A DNA stretch of 64,000 bases from Ignavibacteriales bacterium (lineage in GTDB: Bacteria; Bacteroidota; Ignavibacteria; UBA10030; UBA6906). Where the stretch lies: positions 1 through 64,000 of the forward strand of contig JBBIRR010000016.1 in NCBI GenBank assembly GCA_037441705.1. The letters are read 5' to 3'. The position numbers and the translations under genes are program-made. Each line of letters opens with the position of its first letter. Positions within the stretch are counted from its first letter, which is position 1. This document shows, piece after piece, positions 45,615 through 55,166 of this stretch. Below the pieces are notes generated by a model. That model worked only from the letters and a program-made list of their open reading frames with translations, had not been told where the DNA came from and made no database searches.

Positions 45615-46757
45615 CTATCGCACCGTCGCTTTTGGCGGCAGCGCTACGGGGCGGAAACTCGTGTCCGCCGGGTTGGAGACACCATCACGAATAGTGTTCA
45701 CGAACGTAACCGCTTGAGTGGCGCCGTTGATGTCGTACACGTACCACTGGTTGCCGGCAACACCGGTTCGGATCCGATCCTCACGAATCAAACCCGCGGA
45801 AGTGTACACCCGCACGATCGCGTTGGAGGAATCCGACATGTAATGACTCCCCGTCGTGTTGCGATTGGAGTAGTCGTGAATCTTGTAGCGCAAAGTGCCA
45901 GGGAAGAACCGATAGATCGTGATCGTTTCCGGGCCGTACGAAGTCACGTCATCCACATCCAGATACGCAATGGTATCGCCGTTGGCAAAACGGACAACGC
46001 GGTTGGCATAGTACACGTGGTAACGAGGTCTGCCGGCGGTGGTTGTGCTGTCGCCTGTGAGATGGGAATCAAGATCGGACGGTTTCGCACCCCAGTTCAG
46101 CACAATACGCATCTGGCCAGCAGGTACCGGTTCGGTGACCGTGGTGGTCAATTGCGTTGCCGTTGTGTCGTTCACAGTGGCTCCGGAGACCAGAGGAATG
46201 CGACCCTGAGCGTAGATGGCATACACGTACGTGCCGATGGGCAGCGTGATGGTAAAGCGACCGCTGTTATCGGTAGTCAATGCCGGAAAACGATATCCGG
46301 TCGTATCGTTGTTCGTTCCCAGGAAGAACTGAACAGTTGCTCCGGAAATTGGAGACCCCGTGCGGGCATCGTTGACGACGCCGTTGATTCGCTGAGCGGC
46401 GAGAACCGTCGTCCCAACGTTGACCGACGTCTGTCCGGTCTGAATGTTCACCGACACATAGGACGTCGGATAGGTCGCGGCCGAAATGACGCCTGTGTAT
46501 CGTCCGGCAGCGGAGACATTGGCCTGCCACTGTCCTGCTGCGTTGCTGGTCGCCGTTGCAGCCGGCGTTCCGGTCGTGGTCACCCCGGCAAACAATTGTA
46601 CCGTCGCATTGGCGATCGCTTGTCCGCCGAATGTCTGCACGACGCCCGAGACAACGATGCCGCCTGCCGGTGTTGTTCCGCCGTCATCTTTCTTGCACGA
46701 GGTTATTCCGACAGAAAGAATGAGTGCCGCGCACAGGATGGAAAAGTACTGCTTCAT
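45615..46757 (-). CDS. Lipoprotein with two carboxypeptidase-regulatory-like domains and a YfaP-like C-terminal domain
   Basis: Lipobox ITSC-KKDD; GVVxxxxGxxIxxATVQ modules twice; RIVLNWG..DLDSHL...LDVDDVTSYGPETITI. Confidence 0.75.
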   Translation of the reverse strand: MKQYFSILCAALILSVGITSCKKDDGGTTPAGGIVVSGVVQTFGGQAIANATVQLFAGVTTTGTPAATATSNAAGQWQANVSAAGRYTGVISAATYPTSYVSVNIQTGQTSVNVGTTVLAAQRINGVVNDARTGSPISGATVQFFLGTNNDTTGYRFPALTTDNSGRFTITLPIGTYVYAIYAQGRIPLVSGATVNDTTATQLTTTVTEPVPAGQMRIVLNWGAKPSDLDSHLTGDSTTTAGRPRYHVYYANRVVRFANGDTIAYLDVDDVTSYGPETITIYRFFPGTLRYKIHDYSNRNTTGSHYMSDSSNAIVRVYTSAGLIREDRIRTGVAGNQWYVYDINGATQAVTFVNTIRDGVSNPADTSFRPVALPPKATVR

Positions 46758-47040
46758 GATAATCTCCCCTTTTTGAGCTGGATGAGTGAAATGGTTTTGG
46801 GGCAATTCTGGTTGCCTTGCGCGCCATGAGTATACGAACTCCATCGGCAAGAAGCAAGTGAAAGAAGCACATTGTTGTTGCCGACAAGGATTCAACGAGA
46901 GAAGAAAGGCCGGACTTCGGAGGAGTTCGATGCTTGCATCGGTCGAGGCGACAAACAGTCATGAACTCCGCATCGAGTTCTATTACTGTGTTGAATTACT
47001 CAACAGACATGGCCCCGAACAATCAATGATCCGTGGCGTC

Positions 47041-48177
47041 TCAGCGTCGGTACCACGGTTGAGCAGGATCGTACGAAGTGCGCAGCCGTCTCTTCTCCGA
47101 TGAACGCTCAAGCGCAAGCTGGATGAGACGATCAAGAAGTTCCGAGTAGCTGATCCCCGACGCCTCCCACAACTTCGGGTACATGCTGATGGAGGTGAAG
47201 CCGGGAATGGTGTTGACCTCGTTCAGGAAGATGCGGTTCGTATTTTTTACAACGAAGAAATCGACACGCGCCATGCCGGCCGCGTCGAGTGTCGTGAATG
47301 CTTTCCCTGCGAGCTGCTGCAATTTCTTCACAACTCTCGCCGGAAGTTTTGCAGGAATGATGGCTTGAGATTTTCCATCCACATACTTGGCGTCGTAGTC
47401 GTAGAACTCATTCGACGGAACAATTTCTCCCGGCACGCTTGCCATCGGATCGTCATTGCCGAGGACGCTCACTTCAATTTCCCGCGCGTTCCTGACACCC
47501 TGTTCAACAAGTATCTTCCGATCATACTCTGCAGCGAGAGCCAGCCCTCGAATCAACTCTTCTCGATTGTGCGCCTTGGTGATGCCGACACTTGAGCCGG
47601 TATTGGCAGGCTTGACAAACACGGGGTAGCGCAGTGCCTTCTCGACCGCAGCCACAACTTTCTTCGGGTCAGCGGCGCAGACTTTCGAGAGAAACCACAC
47701 GTGCTTGACAACGGGGAGACCCGCCTGCTTGTGCAGTTGCTTCTGGATCACTTTATCCATCCCCACCGCAGAAGCAAGCACGCCCGCTCCCACGTAAGGA
47801 ATGTTTGCCAGCTCCAGCAGTCCCTGCAGCGTACCGTCTTCGCCGTATGTGCCGTGAACAACCGGGAAGATCACATCGACAGTCATCTCTGGGTGAACTT
47901 CACCGTTGAGGGACACCAACGCTTTGCGTGTCGGCTCCGGAAGGAGAAATCGTTCAAGCTCGGGGCGAATTTCCGCTCCGGATTTGAGCATGCTCAGCGC
48001 CTCCGGCGAACTGACCCAACGCCCGTCCTTGGCGATGCCGATGGGCACAACGTCGTACTTCTTCTTGTCAAGAGCTTCTATGATGGATGTGGCAGAGACG
48101 AGCGACACTTCATGCTCGCCGGAGCGACCGCCGAAGATGACGCCGACGCGAAGTTTACTCTGGGATTGCTGGGTCAC
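47041..48177 (-). CDS. ddl: D-alanine--D-alanine ligase
   Basis: GVIFGGRSGEHEVSL, HGTYGEDGTLQG, VKPANTGSSVG, FYDYDAKY, NEVNTIPGFT; probable GTG start 48177. Confidence 0.96.
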   Translation of the reverse strand: MTQQSQSKLRVGVIFGGRSGEHEVSLVSATSIIEALDKKKYDVVPIGIAKDGRWVSSPEALSMLKSGAEIRPELERFLLPEPTRKALVSLNGEVHPEMTVDVIFPVVHGTYGEDGTLQGLLELANIPYVGAGVLASAVGMDKVIQKQLHKQAGLPVVKHVWFLSKVCAADPKKVVAAVEKALRYPVFVKPANTGSSVGITKAHNREELIRGLALAAEYDRKILVEQGVRNAREIEVSVLGNDDPMASVPGEIVPSNEFYDYDAKYVDGKSQAIIPAKLPARVVKKLQQLAGKAFTTLDAAGMARVDFFVVKNTNRIFLNEVNTIPGFTSISMYPKLWEASGISYSELLDRLIQLALERSSEKRRLRTSYDPAQPWYRR

Positions 48178-48182
48178 GGCCG

Positions 48183-48298
48183 TGGATTGGTTGTAATGGA
48201 GTGTTGGAGTGGTGGAGCGATGGAGTTTCGCGGTGATGGAGTCATAAGTATTGGAGTATTGGAGTATTGGAGTATTGGTGGAATGATGGATTGTTGGA
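48183..48298. repeat. Degenerate 8-bp tandem repeat (TGGAGT[AG]T)n
   Basis: Three perfect TGGAGTAT units at 48252-48275 plus degenerate copies filling the aldolase-ddl spacer. Confidence 0.75.
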
Positions 48299-49054
48299 TC
48301 AGGGGATTCCAAGCTCCTGAAGTTTCTGTGAGATGTACTGACGCAGCTCGGACTCCGTGAGTTCGGCGGCGGGCGCGTCGGGAATTTCGCAGGCAATCTT
48401 TGTTGAGAAGTCCTTGCCGTAGCTTTGCACGCTCACCCGGCGCAGCTTCTCGAGCTGCTCTTCCGTCAAGCTGCGGGCGCCGCCGAGAAGCGTTGCAACG
48501 AAGGTGATATGCGCGGCGTGTTCCACCTTTTCCATCTTGTAATACGCTTCATAGAGATCGCCGCCATACGTCACGACGCCGTGATTGGCTAAGAGAACCG
48601 CATCGCTGTTGCTCACAAACGGCGCAAGCGACGCGGCCACCTCGCCCGTCGAGGGCGTCGCATAATCTGCCAGCGGGATTGCACCGAGGCCGACGATCAC
48701 TTCGGGAAACGTACATTGGTCAAGGGCAATTCGGGCAGTGGCAAAGCCGGTCGCGTACGTCGGATGGGCGTGAACGACTGCCTGCACATCCGGACGCTTG
48801 CCGTAGATGAACAGATGCATGCCCAATTCCGTCGAAGGTCTCCCCGTCCCGGCCACCTGTGTGCCCTCCGGCGTCACCTCCACCAGATCATGTTCGCCAA
48901 CATCCCCCTTGTTGATGCCGGAACGCGTGGCGAGTATGTTGCCGTTCTCTAAGCGGACGCTGACGTTTCCGTCTGTCGCCGTCACCATCCCCCGCGCATA
49001 CAGGCGACGGCAGACATCAACAATCTGTCGAACAACTTCGAGACGATGACGCAT
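48299..49054 (-). CDS. Class II aldolase/adducin-family protein (FucA-like) with C-terminal extension
   Basis: DGNVSVR, PSTELGMH, AVVHAHP, LLANHGV zinc-binding motifs. Confidence 0.9.
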   Translation of the reverse strand: MRHRLEVVRQIVDVCRRLYARGMVTATDGNVSVRLENGNILATRSGINKGDVGEHDLVEVTPEGTQVAGTGRPSTELGMHLFIYGKRPDVQAVVHAHPTYATGFATARIALDQCTFPEVIVGLGAIPLADYATPSTGEVAASLAPFVSNSDAVLLANHGVVTYGGDLYEAYYKMEKVEHAAHITFVATLLGGARSLTEEQLEKLRRVSVQSYGKDFSTKIACEIPDAPAAELTESELRQYISQKLQELGIP

Positions 49055-49173
49055 GGTTTCTTGGCGAACACAGGGGTTGTTTCTTGAAAAAAAGAAAATC
49101 AATTCCTCCCCAAGAATCAATCAACCGGAACGCGGTCACGCTCTGCCGCGCTCAGCCGTACGGTAGAAATTCT

Positions 49174-49201
49174 CGGCTTGCCGTCAGCCGACGGCAAGCC
49201 G
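49174..49201. terminator. Strong hairpin (possible terminator or mRNA-stabilising stem)
   Basis: Perfect 12-bp stem CGGCTTGCCGTC-AGCC-GACGGCAAGCCG; weak U tract. Confidence 0.45.
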
Positions 49202-49303
49202 GAGTGAAGGAGTGGAAAATGGGTTATCCGAGGGACTATACCTGCGGAGGATCTCCACAAGGTCCGTGTTTTCCTCGAGGGAGCAGATTTGCATAGCTTC
49301 GGC

Positions 49304-51391
49304 TTACCGAAGAACAACAATCTTGCGCGTGATCGACGCGGACTTCGGCTCATCCAACCCTAATGCATCAAGCCTCATGAAATACACTCCGCTCGCCAAT
49401 CCTTCCGCATTCCACGATCTGGTGTAGACGCCCGCCGGAAGGTCCTCCGAAACGAGACGACCAACCTCGCGCCCTAACGCATCGAACACCGTTAGAGACA
49501 CCGACGCCCGCGTGGGAAGACTGAAGGACACGGTTGTCGAGGGATTGAACGGGTTGGGATAGTTCTGGCTTAAAGTAAACTCCGCCGGCAAGACGGACTC
49601 CTCCTGTGCAGATGTAATCTGCGAAAGCGGTCGTCGCCATACAGCAGCTCCATATGTTCCTGCATAAAGATGCGTCCCCCATACTGTCAGCGACAAAACA
49701 TCAATGACGGGCAGGCTGGCGCTGATGTCGATCCAGTTCGCACCGTTGTCAAAAGAACGAAACACATATCCTGCGGTGCCTGCGAAGAGGTAGCCACCGT
49801 AAGCGGCAAGTGACCAGACGTACGTACTGGTCAGGCCAGTGTTGACCGGAACCCAGCTTCCCCCATTGTTGGACGAGCGAAACACGCCGCTGCCGTAGGT
49901 TCCTGCAAACAGATTGCTGTCGAGGACAACAAGGGCATTGACGTTTGGGTCGGTCAGTCCAGCATTCACCTGCGACCAATTCGCACCATTGTTGGTGGAA
50001 CGAAACACGCCTCCACCCTGTGTTCCCACGAAGACGTCTGAACCGAGGACGGCCATCGTGGTCACACTCAGGTTCGTTAACCCTGTGTTCACTTCGGTCC
50101 AGCTCGATCCGTTGTTTGTGGAGCGAAAGACGCCGCCGCCATACGACCCGGCAAAGACAGTGGCGCCCGAAGTAGCGAAGGCCCAGATATTGAGATTTGT
50201 CAATCCGGTGTTTGACACAGTCCAGCTCGTTCCGTTGTTGGTCGACCGATACACGCCTCCACCCCACGTTCCTGCCAGGATGTTGCTTCCCGCAAATGCA
50301 AACGCGCGAACATAGAGAATGCTGATACCTGTATTGATTTCGGTCCACGAGCTGCCGTTATCGGTTGAACGAAATGCACCGCGCCCCCACGTGCCCGCAA
50401 AGAGGTTCGACCCCGATGATGCCAGCACGCGGACGTCGGTGTTAGTCAAACCCGTATTCACTTCGCTCCAGCTCGCACCACTGTTCGTGGAAACGAAGAT
50501 GCCACCTGCATTGGTGCCGGCGAAGAGATTAGCGCCGAAGACACTCAGGGCAATCACGTTTACATCTCGAAGTCCCGTGTTCACCTGCGTCCAGCTTGAT
50601 CCGTTGTTGGTCGAGCGAAAAACACCCCCATAATATGTCCCCGCGAAGATGTTCCCACCTGACGCAGCAAACACCATGACATATGGATAGGTCAATCCAT
50701 TATTTGACGATGCCCAGCTTGAACCATTGTCCGTCGAGATAAACACACCTCCGTTCCACGTCCCAGCAAAGATGTTCGAACCGACAACAGCGAGAGAGCG
50801 GACATCAGAGGTGGTCAGACCGTTGTTGGCCGCTGCCCAGTTTGTGCCGTCGTTGGTGGAACGAAAGACTCCGCCGCCATACGTGGCAGCAAAAAGGTCC
50901 GTTCCCGCAACAGCCAGAGCCAGAACATTTGTGTTAGTTAAGCCTGTGCTGACCGACGTCCAACTCGTGCCGCCGTCGGTCGAACGAAAGACGCCGCCGC
51001 CGAAGGTTGCAGCAAACAGGTTCGCACCCGATACAACAACGTCGCGGACATCTCGGACGGTAAGTCCTGTGCTTACGTCGGTCCAACTGCCGCCGTTGTT
51101 CGTGGAGCGGAATAAGCCATTAGCACTTCCTGCAAAAAGAGCAGTACCGGAAGCCTCAAGGGTGTTGACGAGAGGGCTCGTCAGACCCGTATTGACTTGC
51201 TGCCAGCTTGCTCCATTGTTGGAAGAAACAAACACACCTGCTCCACTGGAAGCAGCAAACAGATTGTCCCCAATCGACGCGAACGAATATACAAATCCGC
51301 CGGTGGGCCCGCTGGTTTGTAACCACTGGCCGTATGCTCCGCTCTGAACGAGCATAAGGAAAAAAAGGACGAGGAAACGTTGTGGAGCCAT
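49304..51391 (-). CDS. T9SS type A cargo with tandem ~42-aa Asp-box beta-propeller repeats
   Basis: Signal peptide; about 13 repeats LFAGTxGGGVFRSTNNGxSWTxVNTGLT; [16 protein letters not shown]...LASGVYF. Confidence 0.85.
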   Translation of the reverse strand: MAPQRFLVLFFLMLVQSGAYGQWLQTSGPTGGFVYSFASIGDNLFAASSGAGVFVSSNNGASWQQVNTGLTSPLVNTLEASGTALFAGSANGLFRSTNNGGSWTDVSTGLTVRDVRDVVVSGANLFAATFGGGVFRSTDGGTSWTSVSTGLTNTNVLALAVAGTDLFAATYGGGVFRSTNDGTNWAAANNGLTTSDVRSLAVVGSNIFAGTWNGGVFISTDNGSSWASSNNGLTYPYVMVFAASGGNIFAGTYYGGVFRSTNNGSSWTQVNTGLRDVNVIALSVFGANLFAGTNAGGIFVSTNSGASWSEVNTGLTNTDVRVLASSGSNLFAGTWGRGAFRSTDNGSSWTEINTGISILYVRAFAFAGSNILAGTWGGGVYRSTNNGTSWTVSNTGLTNLNIWAFATSGATVFAGSYGGGVFRSTNNGSSWTEVNTGLTNLSVTTMAVLGSDVFVGTQGGGVFRSTNNGANWSQVNAGLTDPNVNALVVLDSNLFAGTYGSGVFRSSNNGGSWVPVNTGLTSTYVWSLAAYGGYLFAGTAGYVFRSFDNGANWIDISASLPVIDVLSLTVWGTHLYAGTYGAAVWRRPLSQITSAQEESVLPAEFTLSQNYPNPFNPSTTVSFSLPTRASVSLTVFDALGREVGRLVSEDLPAGVYTRSWNAEGLASGVYFMRLDALGLDEPKSASITRKIVVLR

Positions 51392-51610
51392 CGTACTATC
51401 CTCCTTTTTGGGTGGTTGAATGTGGTTGTAGATTGTTGATGGTGGCTTGTATCGAAGGCAATCGAAAAAGAATCGGCGAGAGCTGTGACACTGAGGAAAC
51501 GGCAGGAAACAATGCAGAACAGAGCATGTGTTTCATCCCGAGATGGCAAGGGAAAGAACTGAAAAAGTATTACGCTGCGTTCAAAGGCAGAGAGCTATGA
51601 ATCGCGACAA

Positions 51611-51639
51611 AATATAGCGCGAGGGATTGAGTTTGTCAA
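51611..51639 (-). promoter_or_regulatory. Sigma70-type promoter of the repeat T9SS cargo
   Basis: TTGACA-N17-TATATT. Confidence 0.7.
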
Positions 51640-51725
51640 GATGCTCGCTGCCGGCGGCGAAAACACTGCAATCGGGTTTCACAATATGCGTCAAACGGGG
51701 CGAGAGAGAGCGTACGGTATGCTCA

Positions 51726-52238
51726 TTAATTCAGGAGAGGAACCACAATTTTCTCCAATTCCTCAAGACTCAATTCCTCCACTTTCATTGCCACAAGTTC
51801 GCCTTTTCTGTTGTAGACGAACGTTGCCGGAAGGGCCCCACTCCACTGCGGATGGACGGCGTTGATGAATGCTTCATCGCTGCCGGATTTTTTGATGTAC
51901 GAGGGCGCATGCAGGTTCATTTTCTTCAAGAACGTACGAACGCGTTGGGTTGTTCTTGCATCGTCATCGTCAACAGAAATGAAAATGAGTTCAAGCCCGC
52001 GTGGGGCGTACATCTGCTGAAGTTTGACGAGATGCGGAAACTCCTCCACGCACGGTTTGCACCACGTTGCCCAGAGGTTCAGCACCAACACGCGCCCCTG
52101 CGCCTGCCGACGAAGCGCTGAGATTCCTGTCTCATCTATCGGAAGCAGAACGGGAGAGCTCTGCCCTCCCGTTGCCTGTGCGACTGCGTGAGCGCCAAGC
52201 GCCCATAGCAGAATAACTGATGCAAGGCCTCGCCGCAT
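51726..52238 (-). CDS. TlpA-family thiol:disulfide oxidoreductase
   Basis: Signal peptide; NLWATWCKPC; GALPATF. Confidence 0.9.
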   Translation of the reverse strand: MRRGLASVILLWALGAHAVAQATGGQSSPVLLPIDETGISALRRQAQGRVLVLNLWATWCKPCVEEFPHLVKLQQMYAPRGLELIFISVDDDDARTTQRVRTFLKKMNLHAPSYIKKSGSDEAFINAVHPQWSGALPATFVYNRKGELVAMKVEELSLEELEKIVVPLLN

Positions 52239-52843
52239 TAGCTTTCCTTCTTCACGCGCTTAATTGTGCAGCCGAATGCCTTCGTCTCCGTTCGCGCCAC
52301 AGCCTTCCCTGCAAGCAGAGCATCCAGCGCCTCGCGCAGATCATGGGTCGTGATCTTCGACGGATTCCGCGAATCATCAATGCGGCCGTGATACAGCACG
52401 GTTGCTTTCCCGTCCAGGACAAAAACCTCCGGCGTCACCTGTGCACCGTAAGCATCTGCGACAACGTTGTTCCAATCCTTCAGAACGGGAAACTTGAACC
52501 CGTTCTTTGCCGCGTGCTCTTTGATCTCCTCTACATCCTCTTGTTTATTAGAGTTGATGCCGACAAAGGCAACCTGCTTCGGAAAGTAGTCGTTGTACAA
52601 TGCGGCCATCCGTTCGTTGTAGTCGTTGGAGATGGGACACTGCGTAGCGATGAACATCACTACCGTATATTTGCTGGAGAGAAAGTCGTCCAGCGAGTAT
52701 TCCTTTCCTTCCACATCCTTGAGTGTAAACGACGGCGCGGGCTTTCCGACTTCGGCAGGTGGTGCCGCCGCTGTGACGAGGTGAGAAAACGCCATCAACC
52801 CACCGACGAGAATTGCTGCTGCACCGGCAAGGTAGTTCTTCAT
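52238..52843 (-). CDS. Exported thioredoxin-fold redoxin (AhpC/TSA family)
   Basis: VGKPAPSFTLKD, QCPIS, YGAQVTPEVF, YHGRIDD, AFGCTIK. Confidence 0.88.
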   Translation of the reverse strand: MKNYLAGAAAILVGGLMAFSHLVTAAAPPAEVGKPAPSFTLKDVEGKEYSLDDFLSSKYTVVMFIATQCPISNDYNERMAALYNDYFPKQVAFVGINSNKQEDVEEIKEHAAKNGFKFPVLKDWNNVVADAYGAQVTPEVFVLDGKATVLYHGRIDDSRNPSKITTHDLREALDALLAGKAVARTETKAFGCTIKRVKKES

Positions 52844-53889
52844 CGCTGTTCCTCCTTCTGTAATGATTTTGTTGTTTTGGGATGATGTCCATGCGATTGC
52901 CCTTTGACCCACTCCTCGGCAATTTGGACTGCGTTCGTCGCAGCGCCTTTCCGAAGGTTGTCGGACACAATCCATAACGCAAGACCATGTTCGACAGTTT
53001 CATCACGGCGAATTCTGCCGACAAACACTTCGTCTCTCTCCCATGCGTGGATCGGCATCGGGTAGAGCGCACGCTCGGGGTCGTCCTGCACGATGACGCC
53101 GGGTGCGCGACGCAGCGTCTCACGAACCTCATCCAGTTCAAAGGGATTCTCGAACTCAACGCTGACCGCTTCGCTGTGGCCGCCGTAGACCGGCACGCGC
53201 ACACATGTTGGGTGGACTTTGATCGAGTCGTCTTCCATGATCTTCTTTGTTTCATGCATCATCTTGTGCTCTTCCTTCGTGTACCCATCGGGCAGGAAGA
53301 TATCCACCTGCGGCAGAACGTTCATGGCAATGGGATGAGGGAATTTCATCTCCGCCACACGTTCCTTCTTCAGCTCACGCTCAAGTTGATCAAGACCTCG
53401 CTGCCCGGCACCGGTGACCGATTGATACGTCGCTACGACAATCCTCTTGATTCTCCATCCGTCGTGCAGCGGCTTAAGCGCAACCACCATCTGAATCGTC
53501 GAACAATTCGGATTGGCAATGATGCCTTTGTGATGAAAGATCCTCCGGCGGTTGACTTCGGGTACAACGAGCGGGACGTTCGGGTCCATTCTGAACGCGC
53601 TGCTGTTGTCGATAACCAGCGCACCTGCCCCGACGGCATGCGGAGCAAACTCTCGACTCACAGCAGCGCCGGCTGAGAACAGGGCAATCTCCACACCCGT
53701 AAACGACCGCTCGTGCAATGTCTCGACGCGATGAATCTTTCCGTTGAATTCGATCTCCTTCCCCGCCGAGCGTTCCGACGCAAGAAACTTGATATTGCCT
53801 ACAGGAAACTTCCGTTCCTGAAGCACCTGGATCATTTTTCGCCCGACCAAACCGGTCGCGCCAACAACGGCAACATTATACACGCGCAT
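52840..53889 (-). CDS. asd: Aspartate-semialdehyde dehydrogenase
   Basis: VAVVGATGLVG, IDNSSAFRM, IIANPNCSTIQ, DNLRKGAATNAVQIAE. Confidence 0.97.
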   Translation of the reverse strand: MRVYNVAVVGATGLVGRKMIQVLQERKFPVGNIKFLASERSAGKEIEFNGKIHRVETLHERSFTGVEIALFSAGAAVSREFAPHAVGAGALVIDNSSAFRMDPNVPLVVPEVNRRRIFHHKGIIANPNCSTIQMVVALKPLHDGWRIKRIVVATYQSVTGAGQRGLDQLERELKKERVAEMKFPHPIAMNVLPQVDIFLPDGYTKEEHKMMHETKKIMEDDSIKVHPTCVRVPVYGGHSEAVSVEFENPFELDEVRETLRRAPGVIVQDDPERALYPMPIHAWERDEVFVGRIRRDETVEHGLALWIVSDNLRKGAATNAVQIAEEWVKGQSHGHHPKTTKSLQKEEQR

Positions 53890-53906
53890 GACACACTCCA
53901 CGATGC

Positions 53907-55166
53907 TTAGAGTAAATCCTCAAGAGTCTCTCGCTGTCGAATCACGGTTGCCGTCTTGCCGTTCACCAGCACTTCGGCAGGGCGACGGCGGGCATTGTAG
54001 TTGGATGAAAGTGCATAGCCGTATGCACCGGCGACGAGAATCGCAAGATAGTCGCCCGGCTGTGTGCGAGGCATGTCTCGATCCAGCGCGAAGAAATCCC
54101 CGGTCTCGCAGCACGGACCGACAATATCTACCGTTTCGGTCTGACGCTCGTGTATCTCCGCCGGCACAATTTGATGATAGGCCTGATACAGACTCGGCCG
54201 GATCAGGTCGTTCATTCCTCCGTCAACAATCAGGAAAATCTTTTCCTCGGTTTGTTTTCGAAAGAGTACTTTCACCACAAGCGCTCCGGCTTCCGCAACG
54301 ATCGAGCGGCCCGGCTGAAAGAGAATTCGGCAGCCGGTGTGCTTCAAGATCGGCAGGACGCGCTTAAGGATCCTCGGCCCATCGGCAACTTCCTCTGGTG
54401 ACTCTGTGAGCGCAGAGTGCTGTACGATCCCCTGATACCGTACCCCAAACCCTCCGCCGAAATCAATCTCGTCGATCGCTATGCCCTGCGCGCGAAAATC
54501 TGAAACGAGAGCGCGAAGCCTCTCTGCCGCTTCCACAAACGGTTCGACGTGAGTGATCTGCGAGCCGAGATGGCTGTGAATGCCGCGAAGCTCGATGCTC
54601 GGAAATCGACGTGCCTCCCTCATCACCTCCAGAACACGAGGGGGAGCCATCCCGAACTTATCGTGCTTTCTACTCGTGGCGATGTAGTCGTGGGCCCCGG
54701 CATCAATATCGAGATTCACCCTCATCAGTACGCGCGCAGTTGTGCCGAGCCGACCTGCCACCGCATTGATGTGCTCCAGCTCTTGCTCGGACTCAACCTC
54801 AAACACCCTAACATTTTTCTCGAGCGCGTACGCAATTTCATCTTCCGTCTTGCCAACACCGCTGAACGTGATCTGCTCCGGTGAGAATCCGGCATGCAGC
54901 GCCAGAAACAATTCTCCTTGCGAAGCGACATCCGCTCCCAGACCTTGCTCGGCAATCAGCTTCAATACCGCGCGATTGTTGTTCGCCTTCACCGCGTAGG
55001 TGAGCAGATGGTTGGTGTCGGCGAGCGCACGTTTCAAGGCAGCACAGTTCTGGACAATTGTATCGGCACTGTAAACGTACAACGGCGTGCCGTATTGCTC
55101 CGCAAGCGTGCGCAGCGACATCTGTTCACACAGCAGGTGGTTCTGGCGGTAGTGAAACGCAGGCAT
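53907..55166 (-). CDS. lysA: Diaminopimelate decarboxylase
   Basis: YGTPLYVY, YAVKAN, HSHLGSQI, DFGGGFG, GPCCETGD, GAYGYALSSNYN. Confidence 0.95.
   Translation of the reverse strand: MPAFHYRQNHLLCEQMSLRTLAEQYGTPLYVYSADTIVQNCAALKRALADTNHLLTYAVKANNNRAVLKLIAEQGLGADVASQGELFLALHAGFSPEQITFSGVGKTEDEIAYALEKNVRVFEVESEQELEHINAVAGRLGTTARVLMRVNLDIDAGAHDYIATSRKHDKFGMAPPRVLEVMREARRFPSIELRGIHSHLGSQITHVEPFVEAAERLRALVSDFRAQGIAIDEIDFGGGFGVRYQGIVQHSALTESPEEVADGPRILKRVLPILKHTGCRILFQPGRSIVAEAGALVVKVLFRKQTEEKIFLIVDGGMNDLIRPSLYQAYHQIVPAEIHERQTETVDIVGPCCETGDFFALDRDMPRTQPGDYLAILVAGAYGYALSSNYNARRRPAEVLVNGKTATVIRQRETLEDLL

Noticed and set aside
48183-48298. CRISPR-like array
   Set aside because: 8-bp tandem units with no spacers and no cas genes
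47041-48396. Long N-terminal extensions on ddl, rarA, VPS10 protein, PorV and HD protein in the ORF track
   Set aside because: Artefacts of first-start calling; downstream starts fit SD sites, signal peptides or family lengths better
49600-51300. 126-bp periodic DNA repeats as a non-coding array
   Set aside because: Fully explained by in-frame 42-aa protein repeats with synonymous divergence
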